A stretch of 64,000 nucleotides of DNA from Microcoleus sp. (GCA_052279835.1 CP181291.1:3392001-3456000); one strand, 5' to 3'; counted from the stretch's first letter, positions 19,535-29,483 are shown. The notes: generated from the sequence alone by a model not told the origin. Program-made: numbers and translations.

Positions 19535-21052
19535 TTAAGTTGTCGGTGAGGTGAATATCTTATCGGTCCGTAGCTGACTTTTTGGGCTTTTCGGTTCCGG
19601 CTTGTAAGCAGGGCGATACACTCGAATTTCCTGAATAGGAACTTTCCCATTAGCTTCAGGAACGATTTCCAAAATATGTTTGGAATTGCTTAAATTCTGA
19701 GCCAATGTGGTATAATATTCGCGGTTTAAATCGGTACTTTCTGGCTGCACATAGGCATCCACAAACATTGGTTTTACCTGCCATGCGGTCTCAAATCCTT
19801 TGAGTGTTGGCTGTTTAGAATATTCATAGGAACTTTGCAGCCACCAGTTTTTGGGTTCAATGACAACGCGACCAGAATTTGATACAAATAATTTGTCATT
19901 TGTACCGCTACCGTCATAACCTGTTTTTGAACCAAAAACCTGAAACTTAAACTTGCTGGAATCGCTGTTAATTTCTGTAATTACTGCTTTCCAATCTTCC
20001 ACGATTAGGGGTTTCTGACTGGATACTTGGATAATGGCTGGCCAACCGACGCCAACGGTGGGACTGGGGCGGGTAATTGCATAAAGTTCGGGAAATTCTG
20101 ATGGTTTCTTGCCGTCTATGGTAATCCTAGCACTGCTGGCTTTGTCCTTGAAGTTTTTATCGGCGATCGCATCTATTCTATTTCCTTCAAATTCTAACCG
20201 CAATTTGCCATCTTCCCACTGGACTTCCTTACCAACTCTATAAGTTTTTACTAAATCTGAATCGGGTTTTTTAGGGAAATTTGGATTGTATCGCAGGTGG
20301 GGCTTAATTAGGGCTGCTAGGAGAAAATTTCCCCAATCGTTGAGGTGAATTTCGTCACTCAATAGCTGTTTTGGCTGCAAGCCATTGTCTTGCAAATACC
20401 GTTTCCAAGGTGCGCGTATTTCCGCAATTTCGCATCCATATTTTTCGGCAAGTTGAGGCAACCATTGGGTAGAATGACTGTTGTGCCATTCGTATCTTTT
20501 TAGCTGCTCTGGATCGTCTTTTTCTCCTGTTGGCATCCAGTCGATGTGATCTGAATGTATGAGTATTTCGCTAGTGGTGCGACGGCGGATATTAGCAATG
20601 ATTGATTCGTAATCTTCATCTCCTCCGTAAACGTGAAAAATTACCAAATCTGGATAAAAAGGATATAAGTCGTGTTCGCTGGGACGGATTAACAACCCAG
20701 CCGCAAATCCTCCGATGGCGCGGTTTTCAATGGTCAAATCTGCATAGGGAAATCGCTTTATGATATCGTTGGCTACATCTTGCCACCAATCTTGTTTGGT
20801 GATAGATTGTCCATAAAATAGGATGCGTACTGGTTTGCGATCGCCAGGAGTGCTGCTAGCCAGCAATCCCATGGTCCTTTGAATATTAGCTCCAAAATTA
20901 GCACTGTTTTCCTGGGAAACTGGTGGGGGAAATCCTTGTGTAGCATTAATTTTGTGGAGGGCTGGAACTAACAGGATAATCAGAGATAAACAAAATACCC
21001 ATAGGTAGGGATAGATTTTTGATTTGATGATATGGCTATAGTGTTTTTTCAT
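19535..21052 (-). CDS. secreted SGNH/GDSL hydrolase-like protein
   Basis: Signal/TM segment, FYGQSIT, NRAIGG, DEIHLN. Confidence 0.7.
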   Translation of the reverse strand: MKKHYSHIIKSKIYPYLWVFCLSLIILLVPALHKINATQGFPPPVSQENSANFGANIQRTMGLLASSTPGDRKPVRILFYGQSITKQDWWQDVANDIIKRFPYADLTIENRAIGGFAAGLLIRPSEHDLYPFYPDLVIFHVYGGDEDYESIIANIRRRTTSEILIHSDHIDWMPTGEKDDPEQLKRYEWHNSHSTQWLPQLAEKYGCEIAEIRAPWKRYLQDNGLQPKQLLSDEIHLNDWGNFLLAALIKPHLRYNPNFPKKPDSDLVKTYRVGKEVQWEDGKLRLEFEGNRIDAIADKNFKDKASSARITIDGKKPSEFPELYAITRPSPTVGVGWPAIIQVSSQKPLIVEDWKAVITEINSDSSKFKFQVFGSKTGYDGSGTNDKLFVSNSGRVVIEPKNWWLQSSYEYSKQPTLKGFETAWQVKPMFVDAYVQPESTDLNREYYTTLAQNLSNSKHILEIVPEANGKVPIQEIRVYRPAYKPEPKSPKSQLRTDKIFTSPTT

Positions 21053-21165
21053 TTTTTTATATTTTTGATGCTCCGTGAATCTGGACTAGATCTTGATGGA
21101 CGGTATCTATTTTATAAACTATAGCAATTTTAGCGGTGTCGCCAAGAAAAGGCAGGAGTAAAGAG

Positions 21166-21193
21166 TTGACAAAGGACTGCCAAATGTTATAAT
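21166..21193 (+). promoter_or_regulatory. consensus sigma70 promoter with extended -10
   Basis: TTGACA-N16-TATAAT, with TG at the extended -10 position (TGtTATAAT). Confidence 0.7.
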
Positions 21194-21335
21194 CTAATTG
21201 GTATTTATTCAGCGTTCTCCATGAGGCATCTCCTCAAAAGATAGTCCAGAACAAGCCCGACTGCGTGTTCTGTAGAAATTATGGGAAATGTATATTTGTC
21301 AGCTCATTAATTTCAGGAGTTCGATCGCACATCAA

Positions 21336-21680
21336 ATGGATTACAAAACCGCCCGCAGTTTCCTGATAGACCAGGGAAGTGCCCTGGAAACCAAGAAAAA
21401 TCCCGACGCTTTTTTGATGCGCCTCCAACAAGGACTCTCTCCCGTCCCAGGACAGGTGACATCGATTTTATTAGCTTTAAAAATATTGTTTGAGGGTTTG
21501 CAAGAATCTCCCATGCTCGATCGGCAATTAATCTCGGCCCTGCATTTACTGTCAGTAGAAAGTTTGCAGCAATTTGAAGCAGGAGTTCGCAGGGGAGTTT
21601 CTTGGCCGCCGCTACTGAAAGAAGACTTGAATCGAATTGCGATCGCCGTTAAAAATATCTTTTCGGGTGTCTGGAAATAA
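21336..21680 (+). CDS. conserved cyanobacterial hypothetical protein
   Basis: MDYKTARSFLIDQG...PVPGQVTSILLALK...WPPLLKEDLNRIAIAVKNIF; start set at the MDY Met. Confidence 0.75.
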   Translation: MDYKTARSFLIDQGSALETKKNPDAFLMRLQQGLSPVPGQVTSILLALKILFEGLQESPMLDRQLISALHLLSVESLQQFEAGVRRGVSWPPLLKEDLNRIAIAVKNIFSGVWK

Positions 21681-21715
21681 TTAACTGAGTGGGATTTTAG
21701 ATATAAGTTCCGCTA

Positions 21716-21819
21716 GGGTGGATCTGTGTTTTGCAAATATATTAGTACGATGCTCTAGCCTGACCGCTGTAAATCTCTAGCGCGAGCTAATAAATTGTCT
21801 GCGGTCATGGTTCGCCCTT
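21716..21819. mobile_element. family-B MITE copy, truncated by a family-A element
   Basis: gggtggatctgtgttttgcaaatatatt...aaattgtctgcggtcatggttcgccc aligns with 1209-1308. Confidence 0.7.
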
Positions 21820-21924
21820 ATATCAATTCCGGTTGTATCGGAATGATTTAACCGCGAAGGCGCGAAGTACGCGAAGCAAGAGAAGAGAGAGTTTAATAAT
21901 TCCAATGAAGAGAGGATTTGATAT
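21820..21924 (-). mobile_element. family-A MITE (ATATCAA[A/T]TCC inverted ends)
   Basis: Reverse copy of ...TTCGCGGTTAAATCATTCCGATACAACCGGAATTGATAT; a degenerate opposite-facing copy follows to 22007. Confidence 0.8.
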
Positions 21925-22189
21925 TACTTACTATTTCTCTCTTCTCTTTCTCTGTGTCCTCTGTGTTCTCTGTGGTTTAATCATTCCGATATAACGGTAA
22001 TTGATATCATTCCCACGGATAAATCCGTGGGCTATGAATAAGCAAGATAGGGAGCTTTTTTTTTGTGGTCTGGTGCATCTGGGGGCAAGAAGAGCAAATC
22101 CTGCGATATCACAACCAAGAAATAGCGAAGTTTTGGGTTATTTCACTTGACCAAAAAACCGTTATTTCCAGGTTTCAACCAGCCAAATT

Positions 22190-22390
22190 TTACTCTTCAC
22201 AAAAGCTTTCCAGAGATGCCAAAAGTGTGGGCAATCCCGCCAGCGCCGCTGACACCAAAACTTCATCCTTGTAAACCCGTGCTTGGATAATGCGGGTTCT
22301 CTGGGAATTAGAGGTTGTAGATCCTCGCAGTTCCCGATTTCCGGTTTCCACTAGCCCAGAACTTCTAGTTTCTCGCGTCAGGCAAAACAT
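22190..22390 (-). CDS. small hypothetical protein (66 aa)
   Basis: ATG preceded by GAGGA (gaggatacagctATG); fills an otherwise empty gap downstream of the MFS gene. Confidence 0.4.
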   Translation of the reverse strand: MFCLTRETRSSGLVETGNRELRGSTTSNSQRTRIIQARVYKDEVLVSAALAGLPTLLASLESFCEE

Positions 22391-22557
22391 AGCTGTATCC
22401 TCATTTATTCCCTAATGCCGCGCCCGCAAAATTTTTCAGCGCTTGAGCCATACTCCCATTGTTGCTCAGATCGGCCAAATAAATGAAATGATGAAATAAT
22501 AATTCACGATAGCTGGGGATCGACGAAAACTGTATAACAACTATATAATAACTCTTA

Positions 22558-23772
22558 TTAATTTGTTACATAGGGTGTCAATTTAAGTCGATCGCCCGCG
22601 AGGACACAAACCGCAGCAACCAAAAAGGCGATCGCCCCCACCATCGCCGTTGTCACAGCAGCAACTGCCAAAGGTGCGACAAACACCATAGAATACAAAC
22701 TCATCCCCAGGGAAAAACCACCAAAATAAAATCCTACTCCCAATCCTCCCCGATGCGGAGGTACCAGAGACAAAGCAAAAGGAATCGCACCAGTAGTAAT
22801 GAAACTATTAGTAAAAATCACAGCCAAAACAGTCACCGCCACCATTACAAAACCCTGACTCAAAACCATTACCAACAACAAAACCGCCGTTGCTACTAAT
22901 CCAGCTAACAGCGTGGTTTGGTTTCCCAAACGCACCGCAATCGCTCCAGCCAGCAAACAAGAAACAGCTAAACCCAAGGTAAATCCAGCCATTAACAACT
23001 TAGCATCAACACCCACAATTTGAGTTTTAAAAACATGGGGCAAAATCCGTTCTCCCATCGCGCGAGTTCCCCAAGCAACAGCCATTCCCGTCAGCGCAAC
23101 TAACCCCAAGGCTTTGATAGAAACTGCCCCAGAAATAGCAGTATCCGGTGGCAATTCCGACACCGCAGCATCAGGATTAACCGATCGCAAAAAAGCGACC
23201 GCACCCAACAATACAAACGAACCAAGAGCGAAGGCAAAAGCTGGACCCCAACTCAGAATAAAATCCCCCGCCACAGGCCTTGCAGCCCCAACCAATCCCC
23301 CCACAAGCACCAATAAACTCATGGCGTGGGGCAACTGCGTTTGAGTTGCATATTGGCCCAACAGCGACACGGCGGGCGATCGAAACATCGCCATGGCGAT
23401 CGCCCAAGCCACAATTACCACAGGGAAAATCCAGCGCAGAGGGGAGACTGGATTGCCAAAAATAAAAATAGCCGGAATCGCCATAAATATAACCGACGAC
23501 AGGATAGTAGCCACAACAATCAGCGGAAAACGAGTTCCCATCCAGTGACGCTGCTTATCAGAAAGCCAGCCAGCAAAAGGTTCGATCGCAATTGCCAAAC
23601 TATCCTCTAAAATAGTGATTCCCCTGTCAAATCCCGCAAAACCAAATCCTGCTAAAAGTTGAGGTAAATACAATCGATAAAGCATCCAACTTAGGGTAAT
23701 TGCTCCCTGCAAAGCCGCCACGCCGCCTACTTGTCGCCACAGAATTAAAGACTGAGATTGAGAAGTTTTCAT
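22558..23772 (-). CDS. MFS transporter
   Basis: About 12 TM segments, GWLSDK motif A. Confidence 0.85.
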   Translation of the reverse strand: MKTSQSQSLILWRQVGGVAALQGAITLSWMLYRLYLPQLLAGFGFAGFDRGITILEDSLAIAIEPFAGWLSDKQRHWMGTRFPLIVVATILSSVIFMAIPAIFIFGNPVSPLRWIFPVVIVAWAIAMAMFRSPAVSLLGQYATQTQLPHAMSLLVLVGGLVGAARPVAGDFILSWGPAFAFALGSFVLLGAVAFLRSVNPDAAVSELPPDTAISGAVSIKALGLVALTGMAVAWGTRAMGERILPHVFKTQIVGVDAKLLMAGFTLGLAVSCLLAGAIAVRLGNQTTLLAGLVATAVLLLVMVLSQGFVMVAVTVLAVIFTNSFITTGAIPFALSLVPPHRGGLGVGFYFGGFSLGMSLYSMVFVAPLAVAAVTTAMVGAIAFLVAAVCVLAGDRLKLTPYVTN

Positions 23773-23793
23773 GGTTTTGACAATTTTTGACAG

Positions 23794-24294
23794 TTGGTGA
23801 TTCAATCACTTTATCTACACTTTAAAAAAATCTCAGCTATATTGTTACTATTTTTAATTTTTGCACCTATGTTTGACTACCAAGTACCAAGGGCCAACTT
23901 CCTGATTCTAACTCTCGAACCACCAACAGCGATCGCTCAAATAAGACCAAATATCAACAGCTTACCTGACGGAGACTACCGTTATCGAGATTCCTTTGCG
24001 ATCGATCGACCTTTTAGAGAAATCCAATTTCGCAAACAAGATAGATACATCACCGGCAGCGATTCCGACAAACGCACAGGTAAAAGCTACTGTTTTCGGG
24101 GCCTAGCACTGCACAACAACGTCATTAATATCACAGTAGCCACTGAAATTGCTCCCCAAACAACCCAGAAAACTGAGTGGAAATTGGAGCCAGGAAGCCC
24201 AATTAATTTTGACAAACTTTATCCGCTGTCAGCAGGACCAGGATTAGAATTGTACAAATGTTTGACAGCATTTTTACCAAAATTGAACTATTAG
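23794..24294 (+). CDS. hypothetical exported protein
   Basis: Hydrophobic N-terminus, SLPDGDYRY, two Cys. Start uncertain. Confidence 0.55.
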   Translation: MVIQSLYLHFKKISAILLLFLIFAPMFDYQVPRANFLILTLEPPTAIAQIRPNINSLPDGDYRYRDSFAIDRPFREIQFRKQDRYITGSDSDKRTGKSYCFRGLALHNNVINITVATEIAPQTTQKTEWKLEPGSPINFDKLYPLSAGPGLELYKCLTAFLPKLNY

Positions 24295-24377
24295 TTATTA
24301 GCGAAGAAGCCGGAATGAATATGAATCACAAATAACAAATAACCCACAACAAATAACCAATAACCAATAACAGTCAA

Positions 24378-25664
24378 CTAAGAACCAGCATTTTTCAACT
24401 CTTCATCGAGCATTTTCCTGTAAACTTTCGGCAAACTAGAACTCATTGAATTGTTTTCAATGCCATATCCCAAACTCGTCCAAGTTCCCGACAACATCCG
24501 CAAAACCTCAGTTAATTTGTCTTCCTTCAACATCTGTGAAATATCAGTTTTCCAAAATTGGCGATCGCTCAACCAAGCATAAACCACCGCATCTTGATAT
24601 TCCGGTTCAAAACTGTAATCTTGCCAAACAATAAAATTAGTAGGCCGGGGGTGATAGCGCTGAGCTTTATCTTTCCAAGTCGAACTCAAAAATTGATACC
24701 TGCCCGCAGCCGTAGTACATTTGCCACGATTCGGACCATTCACAATCTTGACGCACCAATCAGGATGGTGGCTCAAATCTAACACGTATTTACCACCGTA
24801 AACAACGTGATAAGGTCGAGAAACATTGGATTCGCTAGCAGAAATAGTTCGCATCAGTGCCCGAAGGTAAGGATCGCCAGATTTCATAGCCAAAGGCGGG
24901 ATTTTGATCCCATCAGTTGCGGGGGATAAAAACGGCTGATTTCCCCGAAAATTGACCGCCAAAAAAACAGCGCCACCAATCACCATAGCGATTATCAGTA
25001 AAAATCCGAGAATTTGAATTTCTGACTGTCTCAATAAATTGATTCTTTGACGCTGGAGTTTTTTAGCTTGCAACAAAGTCATTTCCAGTTCGGCAATTTC
25101 GGTCAATTTTTGAGCAGCCCGCATTTGGCGGACTCGGAAATCGTGTTGATATAGGGGTGCTGCTAATAGTGTTAAACTTGACAAAGCGGCGGCTAGTTTG
25201 ATGAGCCAAAAATCGAATTCACCGGCGATCGCCACATTGGTTAGAGTAGATATTCCTGTGAATAATTGGCGTGGATCGATGGAGTGTGCGGGCAAATAAA
25301 AAATCGCCATTTGCACCAGCAGGGACAGATTAAAGGCCAGAAAAATGACTACTAGAGCATTCAAGCCTTCCCGCAGGTGCTGGCGCATCCCCGTATGTCG
25401 GCGCTGGAACTTGCGCCCCCGGAGAAAGCTGGCGGAAACCAGAGTGATGAGGGGATTTAAGATTGTGGTGGCAAAAAAGTGAGCAACAAAGAACAAAGGC
25501 AACTGAATCAGCCAAGCGGTTAGCAGTAAACTCAGGAAGCCCCTATCATCGTTAACCAGAGGAATGCCCCTGTTGACTACAAAACTAAAACTCTGAGCCA
25601 GAGCAAATGCCCTTAACCACGAAATCGGATAGGGGAACCAAGCTGGCCACTGGAGAGTTTTCAT
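24378..25664 (-). CDS. lambda-lysozyme-like (GH104) muramidase with multi-TM N-terminal domain
   Basis: RALMRTISASES, Y..VYGG, HP, TAAGRYQFLSSTW, FEPEYQD, WTSL. Confidence 0.8.
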   Translation of the reverse strand: MKTLQWPAWFPYPISWLRAFALAQSFSFVVNRGIPLVNDDRGFLSLLLTAWLIQLPLFFVAHFFATTILNPLITLVSASFLRGRKFQRRHTGMRQHLREGLNALVVIFLAFNLSLLVQMAIFYLPAHSIDPRQLFTGISTLTNVAIAGEFDFWLIKLAAALSSLTLLAAPLYQHDFRVRQMRAAQKLTEIAELEMTLLQAKKLQRQRINLLRQSEIQILGFLLIIAMVIGGAVFLAVNFRGNQPFLSPATDGIKIPPLAMKSGDPYLRALMRTISASESNVSRPYHVVYGGKYVLDLSHHPDWCVKIVNGPNRGKCTTAAGRYQFLSSTWKDKAQRYHPRPTNFIVWQDYSFEPEYQDAVVYAWLSDRQFWKTDISQMLKEDKLTEVLRMLSGTWTSLGYGIENNSMSSSLPKVYRKMLDEELKNAGS

Positions 25665-25920
25665 GCTGGGAGAGTGAAATCAAAACGGCGAAGGGTGGAA
25701 CTAAATTGTGAAACCATTAAGATTTTGCCAGATTTGGCGATCGTATTCCCAAAATAGCAATTCCGATTATTCGTTGGCTGCGGCGGGTCGATCAAATTTT
25801 TGGTTTCTGACATAGAAGAAGTAGGCACTCGCGGTACTGTCACACTTCAGGACGCTCTAGCCTTGGATATCGAAGACCCAGAAGGGTGGAGTTCGTTTCT
25901 AGAAAATTACGGCTGGTATT

Positions 25921-26160
25921 GGCCTGCATAGCGAGAGGCAGTAAAATCTGAAAAACTATACCGAGAAAGGTACGATCGCTACACCTCCGGTTTTGCCCTG
26001 CAAGCAATTACCTCAGCCACCCACGATGAACAAGCGGCCGATTCTGCCCATAATTTTAGAAAGTTCGATCGCGAAATAGCAGGTCATTCTCCCTTTGCAG
26101 AACTTGTATTTAAGGGGCTAAACGGAGAAGCCGATCTTATCAAAGATGGTGCGATAGCTG
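25921..26160 (+). pseudogene. caspase-family (peptidase C14) gene remnant
   Basis: Manual translation: *REAVKSEKLYRERYDRYTSGFALQAITSATHDEQAADS...GHSPFAELVFKGLNGEADLIKDG; no start, in-frame stop upstream. Confidence 0.6.
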
Positions 26161-26296
26161 GCAACAACTCTCTTAAAATCTTTACCCAACGATGAAAAAT
26201 ATAATTAGCGGTTGATTCACCAATGTCAAATTGTACCCCCAGCATTTGAAAAGTAGGTAAGTTATGCAGGTACACCAATGTCAAAAAAATCTGCGT
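26156..26296 (-). mobile_element. IS5/ISL2-type transposase fragment (HTH_Tnp_4)
   Basis: QIFLTLVYLHNLPTFQMLGVQFDIGESTANYIFHRWVKILRELLPA. Confidence 0.75.
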
Positions 26297-26297
26297 T

Positions 26298-26996
26298 TTA
26301 TAGCGGAGACTTTAAAATATTTAATAACACTTTTCTGTAGATATCTAAACCTTTGGTATTCAGGTGAACGCCATCAATTGTTAAATCTGGATTGAGTTCT
26401 TTCTGCTTAAATAATGCTTGTATTCCTTGAGATTCCACAGGAAGTTTTTCCGCAGCCGCTACTTGATTTATGAGAACATTAATTTCGTCAACTCTCGAAA
26501 TTGTTCCTGCTAATTTAGGATTGTAGCTGGCGGCAAGTGTGGAGTAAAAAGCAGGAATCAGAATAATCTTTTTAGTGCCTATAGAACGCAATTTGGCGAT
26601 CGCCTCTTGCAAATTCTGGACAAACTGCTCATCACTAATGCCGTACATAGCATCATTTGTGCCGATCGCAATAATAGATTTTTCGCACTTAAAACCCTTT
26701 GGTACTACCAGTTGAAACTGTTCCAACAGAGAAACCGTACTCATGCCACCGATCGCAAAATTAAAGTTTTCCTCTCCCAAAGAATTGCCCAGAGCCGAAG
26801 AAATAGAATCGCCCCAGACGCACCCTAGATATTGCTTGTCTTGAATTTGCTGTACCTGATTGTACACGGCCATTTGCCACCACAGCGCCGAGCTGACAGT
26901 ATCTCCCGACCCTTGGGGATTAGCTAGCACTCGAAAGGGGATGTAAACACAAACTAAGGCCAAACAGACTGAAATTAACCTAAATTTAACTTTCAT
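26298..26996 (-). CDS. SGNH/GDSL lipase-acylhydrolase, secreted
   Basis: WGDSIS, NFAIGG, IGTND, DGVHLN. Confidence 0.85.
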   Translation of the reverse strand: MKVKFRLISVCLALVCVYIPFRVLANPQGSGDTVSSALWWQMAVYNQVQQIQDKQYLGCVWGDSISSALGNSLGEENFNFAIGGMSTVSLLEQFQLVVPKGFKCEKSIIAIGTNDAMYGISDEQFVQNLQEAIAKLRSIGTKKIILIPAFYSTLAASYNPKLAGTISRVDEINVLINQVAAAEKLPVESQGIQALFKQKELNPDLTIDGVHLNTKGLDIYRKVLLNILKSPL

Positions 26997-27030
26997 AAAA
27001 CTTCTTTTAGCTTGCTGCTACTAAAGGCTA

Positions 27031-27102
27031 TAGACATCTCCCAAAAAGCTTCTGAAGCAGAGGCTGTCTGGCTTGTTTCACTATAATTATGGGAGATGTC
27101 TA
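27031..27102. mobile_element. 72-bp MITE with TAGACATCTCCCA inverted ends
   Basis: Perfect 13-bp inverted ends; degenerate relative at about 35949-36018. Confidence 0.7.
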
Positions 27103-27124
27103 GTTGGGATTGGTGAAAATTGTT

Positions 27125-27664
27125 TCAATTTCCTCTTAAACGGTGCAAGAGGGATTTAAATCTCGATTGGGCTAAATCGGCATTTTCTAACGTTTGGGAG
27201 ATGGGGAGTTCGTCCTGTGGTTGTTGATATACTAGGTCATTGGTATCTTCGCCTAAACGCTTTACAGTACCACGCAATCTGGATGATAAAAATTTGGTAA
27301 TGGCGCGATAAAATCGCAGGGAAAATAGTACGTCTTGTTCGAGTTTTTCGGTTAGTAGACGTCTAGAAATTGATAGGATTAGGCATTCTTCTTGGGCGAT
27401 GACACTAGCAGATGGCAGTCTTCCGTCTACAAAGGACATTTCGCCTAGGACTTCGCCGGAAATAATTGTCCCAATTTGTTTGTTGCCTAGGGATGAGGCA
27501 AATACGCTCAAAGTGCCATCGAGTACGATATATAGTGCTTCTAAGGGTTTGCCTTCGGTGATGAGTGTGGTGCCGGCTTTGATTTGGGTGCGCTTCCCGT
27601 TAGCAACCATCCAATCAATGTCCCGATCGCTCAATTCCCCTAATATAATTAAAACTTTGCTCAT
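27125..27664 (-). CDS. cyclic-nucleotide-binding domain protein
   Basis: LYIVLDG, GEVLGEMSFVDGRLPSASV. Confidence 0.85.
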   Translation of the reverse strand: MSKVLIILGELSDRDIDWMVANGKRTQIKAGTTLITEGKPLEALYIVLDGTLSVFASSLGNKQIGTIISGEVLGEMSFVDGRLPSASVIAQEECLILSISRRLLTEKLEQDVLFSLRFYRAITKFLSSRLRGTVKRLGEDTNDLVYQQPQDELPISQTLENADLAQSRFKSLLHRLRGN

Positions 27665-28098
27665 AAAATCAGGTTGAGATTAGATAGTATGTAGACCAAT
27701 TGTTAACTGTGGATGCTGCCTAGACGGTTTTGAACTCTGGCTGTCTATTGGTTTCCCGCTAGTGTGGCCAGACTTGCCGGATTTTTCCCTGTGCCTGTCG
27801 GTGCTGCTACTCACTACAAGATTCTATCTTGGTCTTACCCGCGATCGACTCTGTACTCTGGTAACGACACAGCTTTTGTATAAAATCTTCCCTGGGATTG
27901 ATTTTTGGTCGATCGGCAAATTATAATAAAACCGACAACTGATAGACACTCAAAGAAGTGTATCGGCTGGAGAGTTGACTGTTCAACGGTTAAGTGGCAA
28001 TGTAGGAACAAGACAACTCAGATTTTTGTCAAGTTTAAACAAAGCTCTCGACTTTAGCTCTGATACACTTTTAACACACCATTGATTGAGGAGAATCT

Positions 28099-29205
28099 GT
28101 GAATAATCTATTTTCCAGGTCTACTTTCGCTTTAGTAAATCTTGCCGCTTTGGCTGTTTGTTGCACTACCCTGTCAGTTAAAGCTGAAACTGGCAACTTG
28201 CCAGATACCGCCACATCAGCAAGTTTGCCCTCTCAAAACATCCCTGAACTTTCCGAAGCCGTTGCGACTGCTGCGGTTAAAACCGATGCAGTAACAACTG
28301 CTAGTAATAAACAAATTGATTCTATAAGTTCTCTACAAGTAGATGGGGGAGTCAAATCTGAGTTAGTACCAGAGACAGCAACTTCGGAATCACCCACGAA
28401 TGTGGAAGCATCTGCCATGGCACCAGCCACATCAGATGTCGCAAATTCGGAAATCCCGGCGAGTGAAAATCTGGAAAATACATCATCTATGGTTGCTGAG
28501 ACTAAAGACTCGGAACCAGCAGCTACCATCGCCGATAATAGCGCTAAAGTGCAGCCTACTGCCGAAAACGCCACCAAGGGCGATCGAACTTCGGAACTGA
28601 CAGCAGTCAATGCTGATAAAGAAGTCAAAACTGCCAAGGAAGTCTTGAGTCATCCTGTGAGCACTTCGGCATCGGCCTTGACAAAGGAACCGACAACTGC
28701 TAGTGAAAAACCGGAAATTGCCTCGGCACCAACTCAAAAAGTGGCTCAAGAAAACCAAGTCAGACCCGGACGCTCTACCCGTTCTGGCCCTAGCTACATC
28801 GGCATTGGCGGTAATCTAGGTTTTGGGGGAGATACAGCCTTGGGCGACACTTCCTTTGCGATTATTAGCAAAATTGGTTTGACCAACAATTTCTCGGTGA
28901 GGCCTAGTGTTTTGTTCCGGGACAACCTCACGGTTTTGATTCCTGTTACCTACGATTTTGGAGCGGGAAATGCAGTAGAAGTCAGCGATGATTTTGTGAT
29001 TACTGCTGCTCCTTATGCAGGTGCTGGCGTGGCATTTTCTACCGGAGACAACAGCAATTTTGGCTTCCTGATTTCCGGGGGCGTAGATGTGCCACTCTCT
29101 AGAAATTTTACAGCAACGGCTGGGTTGAATATTGGTTTTCTGGATGGTACTGAAGTGGGATTGTTACTTGGTGTCGGTTATACGTTCCCCAATATTGCTC
29201 GATAG
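28099..29205 (+). CDS. outer-membrane beta-barrel protein with long disordered N-terminal region
   Basis: Signal peptide, S/T/A/E-rich linker, GRSTRSGPSYIGIGGN...APYAGAG...GVGYTF barrel. Confidence 0.75.
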   Translation: MNNLFSRSTFALVNLAALAVCCTTLSVKAETGNLPDTATSASLPSQNIPELSEAVATAAVKTDAVTTASNKQIDSISSLQVDGGVKSELVPETATSESPTNVEASAMAPATSDVANSEIPASENLENTSSMVAETKDSEPAATIADNSAKVQPTAENATKGDRTSELTAVNADKEVKTAKEVLSHPVSTSASALTKEPTTASEKPEIASAPTQKVAQENQVRPGRSTRSGPSYIGIGGNLGFGGDTALGDTSFAIISKIGLTNNFSVRPSVLFRDNLTVLIPVTYDFGAGNAVEVSDDFVITAAPYAGAGVAFSTGDNSNFGFLISGGVDVPLSRNFTATAGLNIGFLDGTEVGLLLGVGYTFPNIAR

Positions 29206-29243
29206 TTGGGCTGTGGGAGCAAATTTCTAACAAGTAAGTAGGT

Positions 29244-29278
29244 GGTTGGCTGTAGGATTGCAGCCAACCTTTTTTTTT
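29244..29278 (+). terminator. rho-independent terminator
   Basis: GGTTGGCTGTA-ggat-TGCAGCCAACC followed by a 9-T run. Confidence 0.85.
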
Positions 29279-29321
29279 GATTTAGGAGCGATCCCCAGAG
29301 TTCCGACTTCTTTGAGAACTT

Positions 29322-29401
29322 AGATCAAATCCTCTCTTCTCTTCCTTCGCGTCATGAGCACCTTCGCGGTTAAATCATTCCGATACAACCGGAATTGATA
29401 T
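29322..29401 (+). mobile_element. family-A MITE, short copy
   Basis: AGATCAAATCC...CCTTCGCGGTTAAATCATTCCGATACAACCGGAATTGATAT. Confidence 0.75.
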
Positions 29402-29483
29402 TATTCTGGATCTGGATTGAATAACTAGCCAACACCACACAAATAGTGTTACTTATAAGAGATTGTATGGCGCGATGCCTTAA

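Noticed and set aside
22190..22390. PatS/PatX-like or RiPP precursor peptide
   Set aside because: It has RGSTT rather than RGSGR, and no leader motif or modifying enzymes are nearby.
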